Source: a virus
Lineage: Duplodnaviria > Caudoviricetes
Length of the DNA stretch: 64,000 bases
Strand: one strand, 5' to 3'
Virus record (IMG/VR): IMGVR_UViG_3300011435_000001
Location: 8,648-72,647 of that record
Positions 45,274-55,177 of the stretch are shown here, one piece after another. The notes under the pieces were generated by a model, which worked only from the letters and a program-made list of their open reading frames with translations, ran no database searches and was not told where the DNA came from. How positions within the stretch are numbered: the stretch's first letter is position 1; each line of letters opens with the position of its first letter. Made by a program: the position numbers and the translations under genes.

Positions 45274-45577
45274 TGTCGGCGGAACCAGCAGCCTTTTCGG
45301 CAGCAATGGACTGCCGACAGAACAGTAGTCGAGACGGGGAGCGCGAAGTCGCGGACATCCCGCGCCCGAAAGGACGCATGGCCCCGAACCACCTCGGCAA
45401 TCGCAGACGGCTCCTGCGTAATGAGAGCCGTGCAATTTTGACGCAACTCCAGCCAAAAGAGCCGACGCATCGCAACGCGAAGACCGGCAAGCGGGGAAGG
45501 TTAAGGAAGCGTTGACGGAAGATGGCTCAGCCGAGGGCTCGCGAAACCTGCGATAGTGCGTCTCAAAAACCCCGCTT
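45274..45577 (+). ncRNA. Putative structured, pseudoknot-containing RNA downstream of the tRNA
   Basis: No credible ORF in 45271-45661; multi-stem hairpin at 45274-45319 and several 6-8 bp long-range helices (see findings). Confidence 0.45.
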
Positions 45578-45661
45578 ACTTTTGCACGCTTGATGTCAAG
45601 GGACCACGAGAGTCTCCAAAACTTTCCAGCCGGGCGCGATACCCGGAGCGTGTGCCAATTT

Positions 45662-46216
45662 ATGGAAAACGAGTTTTGCAAAACTCTGGTCCCAACGGAG
45701 TGCATCTCCTATCCGCGCTCCGGTCACCACGCTCTGGTGGACCTGCTGCGTGTTTACTTCGAGGACTCCTTCGTCTACGGCGAAATCTACCGCGACCCCG
45801 CGGCCACGCTGGGCAATCTTCTCCCTCCGGTCAACTACCAGAAGAACCACGACTTCGGCCTGCTCACTCCCGTTCTGCCCGAGCGGCAGTATCTCGTGCA
45901 GGTCCGCAACCCGCTCGAGTCCATCGAGAGCTGGGAAGTTTTCGACCGGCGTGTCGGGCACATCCCCGAGACGCACGAGGCCCGCTTGGACTTCTGGACA
46001 GCGTTTGTCAAGAAGTGGGTGTTCGCAGACATCCCGAACCGTCTTGTGGTCTGTTACGAGGACCTCGTTGGAGCCCCGCTGGAAACCTGCACGGCAGTTA
46101 TCCAGTTCTTGACGAAGACGCAGAACGTCGACACAACCCATCTGTCGCGCTGCCTAGAACGCAGCCCGCTCAAGCGCCGCCGCCCGCACGTCCCGCGCCT
46201 CTACTTAAAGGCTTGA
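45662..46216 (+). CDS. Sulfotransferase-like protein
   Basis: ISYPRSG (5'-PSB loop), KNHD, VRNPLES (3'-PB), VCYEDL. Confidence 0.8.
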   Translation: MENEFCKTLVPTECISYPRSGHHALVDLLRVYFEDSFVYGEIYRDPAATLGNLLPPVNYQKNHDFGLLTPVLPERQYLVQVRNPLESIESWEVFDRRVGHIPETHEARLDFWTAFVKKWVFADIPNRLVVCYEDLVGAPLETCTAVIQFLTKTQNVDTTHLSRCLERSPLKRRRPHVPRLYLKA

Positions 46217-46250
46217 CTTTTCCCGCCGACGGGGACTTCTTTCGGTAGTT

Positions 46251-46442
46251 ATGCCGAAAGAAATCACTGCACACGACCCTCGTAGTTTCAACGACGAAGA
46301 GGACTACCGCAACGCCGAAATGGGCAAGGGTGCCTCCTGCAACCCGAGCGGCCCCGACCCGTCGACCAAGCCAAAGGGCAAGTTCAACGAGAGCTACGAC
46401 AGCGGAGCCCGTCCGGGCCCCTCGACCAACACCAAGGTCTAA
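46251..46442 (+). CDS. Small hypothetical protein
   Basis: Fills the gap between the sulfotransferase and the epimerase. Confidence 0.55.
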   Translation: MPKEITAHDPRSFNDEEDYRNAEMGKGASCNPSGPDPSTKPKGKFNESYDSGARPGPSTNTKV

Positions 46443-46449
46443 GTCCCCC

Positions 46450-47400
46450 ATGCGTGCAACTGTTGCTGGCGCCACCGGCTTTGTTGGCCGCGCCTTGGTC
46501 AAGCACCTGCGAGAGCACGGCTCGTATGTCCGGCCCGTGAGCCGTAGTCTGGGCTTCGACCTCCGAAACCCCGACGAGGCTTACCTCGCCACGGACGACG
46601 TCGACCACGTCTTCAACCTCGCCGCGCAGGTGGGCGGCATCGGCTTCATCGAAGCGAACGACGCCGACTGCATTTTCTCTTCGGTCATAAACGCGAACCT
46701 GCTCCGCGCGTGCGCCGCATCCCGCAATCCGCCGCGCTACTTCTACGCCAGCTCGAGCTGTGTATACCCCGGAGGGCCTTACCCGATGCAGGAGCAGCAG
46801 GCGCTCCCCGCGATGCCCCACACCGGCTACGGTTGGGACAAGATTTTTTCTGAGCAAATGTGCTGGGCCTTCGAGAAGGACAAGAATGTTCCCGTGGTCG
46901 TCGCGCGATTCCACACGCTTTACGGACCCGGAGACTCGAGGCCAACGGGACGCGAGCACGTCATCGAAGCGCTGTGCAAAAAGTTTGTAGTCGCCAAGTT
47001 GAGCGGGACACGCGAAATCGAAATCTGGGGCGACGGAACGCAGACGCGCAGCTTTCTTTACATCGACGATTGCGTGGAAGGGATTTTGCGAATGGCTGAC
47101 GTTCGCGGCTACGTTCGACATCTCCCCGCGCTGAACCTCGCGCACCCGAAGCCGTATTCCGTCAATGAGATTGTGGACCTGCTCGAGGAAATTTCTGGCA
47201 TCCACCCCTTGCGGCACTATCAAGCGAACGCGCCGACCGGAATCCTCCACAAGACCTCCGACAACGCGGCGCTTCGCGCCGCTCTAAACTGGGAGCCACC
47301 GACGCTTCTCCCCTACGGGCTCGAAAAGACCTACCGGGACCTTTTTGACCGGGCGCTGAGAAACGACGTGTGGCAAACTTCCCATCTCGACACCCGATGA
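46450..47400 (+). CDS. Extended SDR GDP-sugar epimerase/reductase (GME/Fcl-like)
   Basis: GATGFVG, FNLAAQVGGIGFI, YASSSCVYP, YGWDK, IWGDGTQTRSFLYIDDCVEG. Confidence 0.9.
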   Translation: MRATVAGATGFVGRALVKHLREHGSYVRPVSRSLGFDLRNPDEAYLATDDVDHVFNLAAQVGGIGFIEANDADCIFSSVINANLLRACAASRNPPRYFYASSSCVYPGGPYPMQEQQALPAMPHTGYGWDKIFSEQMCWAFEKDKNVPVVVARFHTLYGPGDSRPTGREHVIEALCKKFVVAKLSGTREIEIWGDGTQTRSFLYIDDCVEGILRMADVRGYVRHLPALNLAHPKPYSVNEIVDLLEEISGIHPLRHYQANAPTGILHKTSDNAALRAALNWEPPTLLPYGLEKTYRDLFDRALRNDVWQTSHLDTR

Positions 47401-48158
47401 AGCAGACAGCCGAGCAAGAAACGACGAGAATGCAATCGAAAACATTAAATCCGTTCACTCTCGTGTCGGTGCATGGTTATTATGGTGACTCCGCGCAGAT
47501 TCGGCAGATGCTCCGCTATCAGGAGCACCACCAGTGCCCGCTCATCGTTGTCTCACCCGTCGACTCGCGCATCGACAGGATGGGGCCGCACATCTGCCGC
47601 TTCGCGGGCAAGCGCGCCTACATCGGCGACCTTTCTCTGGAGAGACAGTTCGCACAGATGCGCGTGCTGTTGGAATACCCGTTCGAGTATTTCCTCGCCA
47701 ACGACTCCGACTCACTCTGCATCTCCCCGCGCATACCCGAGTATCTCTACAGCGACCCGCACAACTTCTGGTCGAATGAGGTCAGCGACATGATGCACCA
47801 ACGCAAGCCCGGCTACCGGTGGCCTCGGCAAGCTTTTCAGCCGCCCTACTTTTTCTCCCGCCGAATCCTCGAGGCGATGATAAAGACCGAGGGCACGTTT
47901 GAATATGACCAGCAGACCCCTTTCATCGACTGGCTGATGATGGCGATTTGCTTCGCTGGAGAAATCCCGCACAAGAATTTTCGTGACGGAGTGAGCTGCC
48001 CGACTTCGGACCACCACAGCCGCCGCCACATGTGCAATCACATCACCCATCGCGGAGCGGTGATGTTGCATTCTGTCAAGACTCCGACGGCCCTTCAGGA
48101 TATTGTCTCGGCGCGGCACCAGTTCAATCGAGTGAGGGGCAATGGAATCAAGCTGTGA
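47397..48158 (+). CDS. Putative GT-A glycosyltransferase-like protein
   Basis: DSD motif (ANDSDS), C-terminal MLHSVK; lies in a sugar operon. Confidence 0.5.
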   Translation: MKQTAEQETTRMQSKTLNPFTLVSVHGYYGDSAQIRQMLRYQEHHQCPLIVVSPVDSRIDRMGPHICRFAGKRAYIGDLSLERQFAQMRVLLEYPFEYFLANDSDSLCISPRIPEYLYSDPHNFWSNEVSDMMHQRKPGYRWPRQAFQPPYFFSRRILEAMIKTEGTFEYDQQTPFIDWLMMAICFAGEIPHKNFRDGVSCPTSDHHSRRHMCNHITHRGAVMLHSVKTPTALQDIVSARHQFNRVRGNGIKL

Positions 48159-50050
48159 TTCCCGAGTCGACAAAGGCTCTCATCGAGAAGCTTTCGGTCC
48201 TCCTGCATAAGGAGCAGCCCATCGAGGCCGCTCGTCTGCTACTCAAGGACGCGGGCCGCGAGGACAAGGTCGAAACCAAGACGGAGGCCTACGCGGTGCT
48301 CACCCCCCTGCTGCACTACTGCCTCAACAACGGCGGGCACGCAGAGGCGGCGCAACTGTGCTGGGGCTCGACGCTTTTCACCCCGAAGCCCGAGTCCACG
48401 CAGCGAGTCTGGCGCGCGTTCGACACGGACAGCTTCATCCTGCTCATGGGCGCGGCGTCCATGTCGAAGTCCTACTCAATGGGCGTTCGCCTGATGCTCG
48501 AGTGGATTCGCGACCCGGAGTTCACCACCGTCCAAGTCCTCGGCCCATCAGAGAACCATCTTGAAGACAACCTTTTCTCCCACCTCGTCGAACTCCACCG
48601 CAGCTCCACCATCCCGCTGCCCGGGGTGGTCGGGAAACTTTTTATCGGCCTTGACTCCCGAAAGCGCCGCGGCGCAATTCGGGGAGTTGTGGTTCCACTG
48701 GGAAAAAAAGCCGCAGGACGGGTCCAAGGAACAAAGCGGTTCAACCGAAAGAAACCCCACCCCATTTTCGGTGCTCTTAGCCGGATGTTCGTCTTCCTTG
48801 ATGAAATGGTGAACATCCCGAAAGGGATTTGGAAAGACATCGACAACTTGCTGGCGAACGCGCAGGGCGACGACGGTCTGAAAATCATCGGGGCCTTCAA
48901 CCCGACGGACCCGCAGGACGAAGTCGGCAAGCGCTGCGAGCCGAGCGGCGGATGGGCCGGATTCGACGCAGACCGAGACTTCGATTGGAAGTCCGTCCGC
49001 GGTTGGCGCGTAGTCCGACTCGACGCAAAGTTTTCCGAGAACGTCCAGACGGGCAAGATGATTTACTCTGGCCTCCAGACCAAGGAGGGCTTCGACTTCA
49101 TCATCGCCAACGCGGGCGGCACGGACTCGCCCGGCTACTGGACGATGGCGCGCGGCTGTTTCCCTCCCACGGGTGTCTGCATGGCTGTCATCCCCGGCGG
49201 GATGCTCAACAAGTTCAAGGGTGAGTTCATCTGGCTCGAGACGCCGAACGAGTGCGCGGGCTTCGACCCGGCGCTTCAGGGCAAAGACGCGGCGTATTTC
49301 GCCAAGGGAAAATTCGGAGTCGCCTCCGGCATCAAGCTTCCGCCCACGGTGGACGCGCCGAACGGGGTGACAATCTTTTTCAAGAATCGCGTAGGCCACA
49401 ACGCCCCCCGTTGGGCGCTCCAACTCGAGGCTCTGTTCAAGATGCCGAAGCCGCAGGGGGACTCACCAAGCCAAGAGATGGCGGAGGCGGTCGTCAAGAT
49501 TTGCCGACAGCTTTACGTCAAGCCCGGGTGGCTGTGCATGGACCGCACGGGCAACGGGCAGGGAGTCTACGACATCGTCAAATACATTTGGTCCACCGAA
49601 GTCCAAGGCGTGAACTACTCCGAGGGCGCCACTGACCGAAAAATCATGGCGGAGGACACGAAGACGCCAGACGAACTCTACGACCGGGTGCAGACGGAGC
49701 TGTGGTTTCTGATGCGGAAGTTAATCGAGTTCGACTACGCGAAGGTGCTGCCCTCCGCGGACACCTCCGACCTCATCTCGCAGCTCGGCACCCGCTGGTT
49801 CCGCGCCACAGGAAAAATTTCCAAGGTTGAGTCGAAGGACGACTACAAGCTCCGCAACCAAGCGAACTCCCCGGACGAAGCGGACGCCGTGTCTCTGCTT
49901 TTCTACGGCGCGCGCAACGCGGCGCAGGTCACGTTCGGCATGACCCCGGAGAACACTTCCGCCGAAGGCTTCGACGACGACTACAATTCCCCCGACTATC
50001 GCGTCGACGTCACTAACCAATTTGAGTCGTTACCCGACGACAACTTTTGA
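48155..50050 (+). CDS. Terminase large subunit
   Basis: Walker A variant GAASMSKS, Walker B FLDE, AFNP, nuclease motifs MDRTGNG and SPDEADA; GTG start. Confidence 0.88.
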   Translation: MIPESTKALIEKLSVLLHKEQPIEAARLLLKDAGREDKVETKTEAYAVLTPLLHYCLNNGGHAEAAQLCWGSTLFTPKPESTQRVWRAFDTDSFILLMGAASMSKSYSMGVRLMLEWIRDPEFTTVQVLGPSENHLEDNLFSHLVELHRSSTIPLPGVVGKLFIGLDSRKRRGAIRGVVVPLGKKAAGRVQGTKRFNRKKPHPIFGALSRMFVFLDEMVNIPKGIWKDIDNLLANAQGDDGLKIIGAFNPTDPQDEVGKRCEPSGGWAGFDADRDFDWKSVRGWRVVRLDAKFSENVQTGKMIYSGLQTKEGFDFIIANAGGTDSPGYWTMARGCFPPTGVCMAVIPGGMLNKFKGEFIWLETPNECAGFDPALQGKDAAYFAKGKFGVASGIKLPPTVDAPNGVTIFFKNRVGHNAPRWALQLEALFKMPKPQGDSPSQEMAEAVVKICRQLYVKPGWLCMDRTGNGQGVYDIVKYIWSTEVQGVNYSEGATDRKIMAEDTKTPDELYDRVQTELWFLMRKLIEFDYAKVLPSADTSDLISQLGTRWFRATGKISKVESKDDYKLRNQANSPDEADAVSLLFYGARNAAQVTFGMTPENTSAEGFDDDYNSPDYRVDVTNQFESLPDDNF

Positions 50051-50051
50051 T

Positions 50052-50627
50052 ATGCTGACAATGAATCCCAACATTTGGCCGGACGGCGGATGGTTTTTCA
50101 AGGACGCCGAAGGGACCAAACACCGGGCCAGCAGTTTCCCCGCGCTGGTGAAACTCGTCATTGAGTATCGGCAACGTCGCAGGCAGGACGTCGGAAACCC
50201 CACGCTCGAAATCATGACGCAACTTTGCGGGCGCAACCAAGGCTTCTGCAAAGACACCAACGGGCCGGGTCCGATACCCGAGTCTCCCGACGGTAACATG
50301 ATGGCGAAAGTCCTCAACTTCATGAACTGGCTCATTCAGGAAAAGCGGCTCGGGCACGTGCGACTCATCGACCGCAACGTCGCGCTCGCGCGTGCGAACA
50401 TCTGCGCGCGATGCCCGCGTCAGCGCAGCCTCCCGACAACGTGCGGAAGCTGCAAGGCCAGCGTCGCCACGAGCCGCCGGGGCATCCTCGACGGCAACGA
50501 CCCGGTCCACCAAGGCATCTCTGTGTGCGGAGCGCTCAACGAAGACGTCTGCACCGTCGTCCACCTCGCCGTTCCGAGACGCAGCGATGAAACTTTGCCC
50601 GCGGAATGCTGGCGGAGGAACTGTTAA
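50052..50627 (+). CDS. Cys-rich hypothetical protein
   Basis: RANICARC..TCGSC..CGAL...ECW. Confidence 0.7.
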   Translation: MLTMNPNIWPDGGWFFKDAEGTKHRASSFPALVKLVIEYRQRRRQDVGNPTLEIMTQLCGRNQGFCKDTNGPGPIPESPDGNMMAKVLNFMNWLIQEKRLGHVRLIDRNVALARANICARCPRQRSLPTTCGSCKASVATSRRGILDGNDPVHQGISVCGALNEDVCTVVHLAVPRRSDETLPAECWRRNC

Positions 50628-50857
50628 TGGTTTTTCCCAACCCCTTTCAGGCAATCCGGTCCTTTCACCGTTTGGTGAAAGCCTACTTTCGGGGCGACGC
50701 CTTCTTCGTCTCGGGCCGGGTGCTGAAAAAACGACGCAGAAAATGCAACACCTGCTTCCACCGAGACCCGCAGAGCGACCAGTGCCGCCTGTGCTCCTGC
50801 TTTTTGAGCGTAAAAACCCAGTTGACGACCGAGCGATGCCCAGTTGACAGGTGGTAA
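50627..50857 (+). CDS. Small Cys-rich protein, similar to the C-terminal half of the preceding gene
   Basis: RRRKCNTC..CRLCSCF..K..CP..W. Confidence 0.7.
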   Translation: MVFPNPFQAIRSFHRLVKAYFRGDAFFVSGRVLKKRRRKCNTCFHRDPQSDQCRLCSCFLSVKTQLTTERCPVDRW

Positions 50858-50885
50858 AACCGCAAACCTCTTACTTGTGCCAGAA

Positions 50886-53009
50886 ATGACCAATCTCAAC
50901 ACCAACACCAGCGGCTATACTGGCGACACGCAGGGCGCCGTCTCCCCTCCCGACATCTCATCGAGCCTCAAACCCCGCGCACGCGCCATCAAGGACGCCC
51001 GGCAGGCCGAAAATATCATCAAGTCGATGGAGGTGAACAACCGACACCGGAATATCAAGAACGCCAGAATCATGGCGAAGTATAATTCGGAGCGGCCTTA
51101 CACTCACGACGCTCTGAAGCAGGACGGGCTGGACTGGAAAAGCAATTTCACGACCAAGCCGCTCCCGATGCTCATCGACAAAGTGGCCCCGCGCTTCGTT
51201 TTGTCGGTTCAGTCGATGAAATACCTCACCAACGCGCATTTTCCGGACGACTTGCCGGGCGCGGATAAGAAAACCGAGGCTTTTCGTCGCGAGCTGACCA
51301 ACTTGGTCCGCCAGAAGGCCGGTTGGAGCAATTTGCTGACCGAAGTCGCGCAGGAAAACGCACTTTTCGGCTTCTGCGCCGTCGGTTGGCTCAATCGCTT
51401 CGAGTGGTTCCCGAAATTCGTCCGACAAGACGAGTTTTTCGTCCCGACGGGCACCAAACAGCACTCGGACAGCGCGCAAATCGTCGTCCTCAAGGAGCGC
51501 TACCTCATCCACGAGCTTTTCGGGCTGATTTCCGACAAAGATGCCGCGCAGGCCACCGGCTGGGACATCAAGGAGACGGTCACCGCCATCAACAACGCAG
51601 TCCCCGAGGACCGTCGCGCCCAATACTCGAATTGGGAGCGTCTTTACGAGGATTTGATTCGCGAGAGCAACGTCGGCATCTCGCACGAGCAAGGCGCACG
51701 AATCATCGAGACGTGGCACTTGCTGGCGCGCGAAACTTCCGGAAAAGTCACTCACTACATCTACACGGCACTCGGCTTCAAGGAAATTTACTGCAAGGAA
51801 GACAAGTTCGAGAACATGTCGGACGCCTGCGCGTTCTTTTCCTTCCAGCACGGCAACGGAAACATCCACGGCTCGAAGGGAATTGGCCGCGAGATTTATT
51901 CTCTCGCCGCGATGCTCGACCGCACACGCAACGAAGTGGCTGACCGCCTGAATCTCAGCGGCAAGCTGGTCATCCAAGCGGACGACAAGGCGCTCAAGAA
52001 ATTTAGAATGAGTGTGGTCGGCAATACCATCCTCATCGGCAAGGGCTACGAGGTCCTCGACCGAAAAATCGAAGCCGAGGTCGAACCGTTCCTCCAGCTC
52101 GACCAGTTCCTCACCGCCCTGCTCGACCAAATTGCCGGAGCGACCACGCCCCGCGTGTTCGAGGGCGAACGCGTCACCAAGGCGCAGGTAGACTTTTTCG
52201 CGCAACGCGAGGGCGAGTCGAAGGACAACATCATCGGTAGGTTCCTGAATCAGTTCGTCGACATGATGACGACCATTCAGAAACGCGCCTGTGACCCGAA
52301 CACCAACGAAGCCGACGCGCTCGACATGCAGCGACGACTCCTGTTGATTATGTCCCGGGAAGAACTCGACTATATCGCCAACCAGCGTGTGGCCGAAACC
52401 GTCCGCGACTACACTGACCTCGAGCGGCAGCAGGTTATTCTCATCGCGCAGGAAGGTCGGGGTAACCCGCTCTATAACGCGAAGGAACTTGAACGCCGCA
52501 AGCTCACCGCGCAGGTTGACGAAGAGTTCGCCAACGCCGTGTTGCTCCCTGACAACGACCCGACGGAACAGGCCGAGCAGAGCCGCCAGCAGATGATTGA
52601 GCTGGACTTGCTCACGCGTCACGCAACGCAGATTCCGGTGTCCCCGCGGGACAGCCACATGATTCACTTGCAGCTCTTGGTGCCCGCGCTCGAGTCCACG
52701 GCTCAGGCGATTGTCCAAGACCCTTCACAGGTGGAGACCCTGAAAGCGATGCTCGCGCACGCGACCGCACATTTTCAGATGGCGGTGCAGGCGGGAGTGG
52801 ACAAGAACGAACTCGCCCCCATCAGCGAACTGTTGAACCAGCTCACCAAAGCCCTTCCGGAACTCGAGGCCAACGCTCAGCAGAACGCCGAGCAGCAGCA
52901 GATGGCGGAGGGCAACCAGATTCAGTCGAGCATTGACCAGACCGGCGCGCTCCCAGCGGTTGCAGCGGGCGCGCCTCAGATGGCCTCCCCGTTGACCCCC
53001 ACGCTATGA
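50886..53009 (+). CDS. Portal protein
   Basis: ~700 aa, located between terminase and scaffold; helical, Gln/Ala-rich tail. Confidence 0.75.
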   Translation: MTNLNTNTSGYTGDTQGAVSPPDISSSLKPRARAIKDARQAENIIKSMEVNNRHRNIKNARIMAKYNSERPYTHDALKQDGLDWKSNFTTKPLPMLIDKVAPRFVLSVQSMKYLTNAHFPDDLPGADKKTEAFRRELTNLVRQKAGWSNLLTEVAQENALFGFCAVGWLNRFEWFPKFVRQDEFFVPTGTKQHSDSAQIVVLKERYLIHELFGLISDKDAAQATGWDIKETVTAINNAVPEDRRAQYSNWERLYEDLIRESNVGISHEQGARIIETWHLLARETSGKVTHYIYTALGFKEIYCKEDKFENMSDACAFFSFQHGNGNIHGSKGIGREIYSLAAMLDRTRNEVADRLNLSGKLVIQADDKALKKFRMSVVGNTILIGKGYEVLDRKIEAEVEPFLQLDQFLTALLDQIAGATTPRVFEGERVTKAQVDFFAQREGESKDNIIGRFLNQFVDMMTTIQKRACDPNTNEADALDMQRRLLLIMSREELDYIANQRVAETVRDYTDLERQQVILIAQEGRGNPLYNAKELERRKLTAQVDEEFANAVLLPDNDPTEQAEQSRQQMIELDLLTRHATQIPVSPRDSHMIHLQLLVPALESTAQAIVQDPSQVETLKAMLAHATAHFQMAVQAGVDKNELAPISELLNQLTKALPELEANAQQNAEQQQMAEGNQIQSSIDQTGALPAVAAGAPQMASPLTPTL

Positions 53010-53353
53010 TAATCTTCGCGCCGAAAACCGTCGAGTGGACATCAGACGACGCCGCTCGTCTCAAAGAGTTTTTGAACTCGCCGACCGGCACTCGCATGTT
53101 GGAGGTCCTTGACATCGCTTCGCCCGAAATCACAGACGGCGCGCACGCCCACAAAGCGCTCGTCATGTCTGGCCGAGTGGCGCAGCACAAGGAAACCCTC
53201 GAGACCATTTTCCGCCTGACCTACGAGAACCCGAACGAGCCCGTCGTTCAGGACACGCCGAGCACAAACTACAAGTCGCTCGATGACGACGACGCGTGGG
53301 CGGAAGAAGACAAAGCGGCGCTTGACAAAAGCAAGAATCCGACAACCTCTTGA
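53006..53353 (+). CDS. Hypothetical head-module protein
   Basis: Overlap coupling with the portal gene. Confidence 0.7.
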   Translation: MIIFAPKTVEWTSDDAARLKEFLNSPTGTRMLEVLDIASPEITDGAHAHKALVMSGRVAQHKETLETIFRLTYENPNEPVVQDTPSTNYKSLDDDDAWAEEDKAALDKSKNPTTS

Positions 53354-53381
53354 GTGCAGTTAAAATACGAACCGTGTGCCT

Positions 53382-54716
53382 ATGCCCGACATCACTACTC
53401 CGCCCGCTCCTGACCTAGCCTCCATCCCACCCGGGGTGAGCCTCAACCCAGACCCCGCCGCCGTCGCCGATACCGGCGCCGCGCTGGACGCCCTTTTCAA
53501 GCCCATCGACGTTCCCGAGACCCCGGAACCCAGACCAATTGTGCCCACGCCCGCGGCGCCTCCGGCTGAACCGCCGAAGCCCGTGGCCGGAGCACCCGTC
53601 GTCCCCGAGCTGCGACCCGGAGTTCCAGCCCTGCCCGGGCTGCCCGTCGCCCCTGCCGCTCCCGTCGTCACTCCCGCCGCGCCGGTCGTCCCTGAGCCGG
53701 TGAAGGACGAGTTCGATGCCGTGCAGCTCCCGCCGCACACCAAGTCGGAAGTTGCTCAGTCTTTCGACAAGTTGAAGCAGACCTCTCGCGACCGCCTCGC
53801 CGCGCTTGCCAAGGAGCGCGACGAAGCCGCGGCCCGCGCCAAGGAACTCGAAAGCCGACCGGCTGTCGACCCGAAGGTCGAGGCTGAGCTGAAAGAGCTG
53901 CGCGAGTTTCGCCAGAAGATGGACGTGGAAGCTGACCCGACTTTCAAGGAATACATCCAAGAGAGTCAGGCCAACGACACCGCCATCTGGACCAAGCTGA
54001 AAGAGGCCGGAGCGAACGACGCGACGCTCGAGAAGATGAAGTCCATCGGGACGAAGGAACTCGACTGGGAAATCATCCTCGAGAAACTTCCGCCGGTCAC
54101 CCGGCGCTACGTCGAGAATAAGCTCGCCGTGAACGAGGACCTGCACGACCAGCGCGCTCGCGCCATCGAGGCCGCGAAAAGCAACGCGTCCGAATTCCTC
54201 GCCGAGCGCGAGAAGTCGCAGACGCAGGACGAGCTGGCCCACTACGCGCGCGCGGAGGAACACTTCGGCAAGGTGTCCACGCAGTTGCCGTGGTTCCAAA
54301 TCCAGAAGGTCGAAGCGACTGCGACGCCCGAACAGCGCGCCGCCATCGAAGCGGAGAACAAGTTTTACCTCGCCACCCGTGACCAAGTCACGAAGATGTT
54401 GAAGGACCCGTCTCCCGAGATGCGCTCCATCGCCGCCCTCGGCTACGCACAGATGCTGCGGTTGCAGGAAGAGATTCCCGCGCTCCAAGCGGAGCACGCC
54501 GCCGAGAAGAAAGGGCTGGCCGACGAAGTCGCGAAGCTCACGGCGCAAATCAAGGAGAAGGACGAGTTCATCGCCCGACTCAAGGGGGCCTCTCGCACCG
54601 TTCTTCGCGAGGGCACCGCGCCCGCTCCCGGCGGCGCAGCCGCTCAGCCCACGATTCACGAACACGGCTCAGTCGCTATTGACCGGCTTCGAGCCGAACA
54701 AACGGCGGGCGCGTGA
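53382..54716 (+). CDS. Capsid scaffolding protein
   Basis: Pro-rich N-terminus, long acidic coiled coil, upstream of the capsid gene. Confidence 0.7.
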   Translation: MPDITTPPAPDLASIPPGVSLNPDPAAVADTGAALDALFKPIDVPETPEPRPIVPTPAAPPAEPPKPVAGAPVVPELRPGVPALPGLPVAPAAPVVTPAAPVVPEPVKDEFDAVQLPPHTKSEVAQSFDKLKQTSRDRLAALAKERDEAAARAKELESRPAVDPKVEAELKELREFRQKMDVEADPTFKEYIQESQANDTAIWTKLKEAGANDATLEKMKSIGTKELDWEIILEKLPPVTRRYVENKLAVNEDLHDQRARAIEAAKSNASEFLAEREKSQTQDELAHYARAEEHFGKVSTQLPWFQIQKVEATATPEQRAAIEAENKFYLATRDQVTKMLKDPSPEMRSIAALGYAQMLRLQEEIPALQAEHAAEKKGLADEVAKLTAQIKEKDEFIARLKGASRTVLREGTAPAPGGAAAQPTIHEHGSVAIDRLRAEQTAGA

Positions 54717-55177
54717 AATTTCCAAGCGTGCCGTTGTGGAGGGTGCAGTGGTTCATCACTGACATCCGCAGAGCCCTCTCCAACTTTTTCAACCCCGACC
54801 GCAAGTATCACTTGGAGCGCGTGGGCCGCGCCTCCGAAGACCCGAACTTCAAGTTCGAGATGCTCGATGGGTGCCTCAACGCTCTCATCAGCAAAGAAAC
54901 AGGGTGCATAGTCTTCGAGCGGAAGACCGGTGGGCTATCCCCGATGAACATGGTGTTCATCCTGCTGTTCCTCGAACAGAACCCGAAGGCAAAGGCGTTT
55001 CTCGCAGACGCCCTGATTCCTTTCCAGCACCACGGCATCGCGCCGCGCACCTTCCAAGAGGCGAAGGACGGCAAGACGTGGACGCAGCTTCTCGAAGAGT
55101 CGAAAGCCGGGACGCGCGGGACCCCGTTGAGACGGTGGTCTGAAATCACCGCAGAACTAGAAAAACAACCAAAGTGA
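54713..55177 (+). CDS. Hypothetical protein
   Basis: GTGA coupling on both sides. Confidence 0.6.
   Translation: MKFPSVPLWRVQWFITDIRRALSNFFNPDRKYHLERVGRASEDPNFKFEMLDGCLNALISKETGCIVFERKTGGLSPMNMVFILLFLEQNPKAKAFLADALIPFQHHGIAPRTFQEAKDGKTWTQLLEESKAGTRGTPLRRWSEITAELEKQPK

Noticed and set aside
45271-45330. tRNA-associated HDV-like (theta) ribozyme or tmRNA
   Set aside because: I could not build the nested double pseudoknot after the CCA; the tRNA has a full anticodon arm and no tag reading frame or terminal tRNA-like domain follows
45489-45580. RNase P RNA (the 3' end CAAAAACCCCGCTTAC resembles CR-V)
   Set aside because: The CR-I motif GAGGAAAGTCC is absent and the pairing partner lies only about 80 nt upstream
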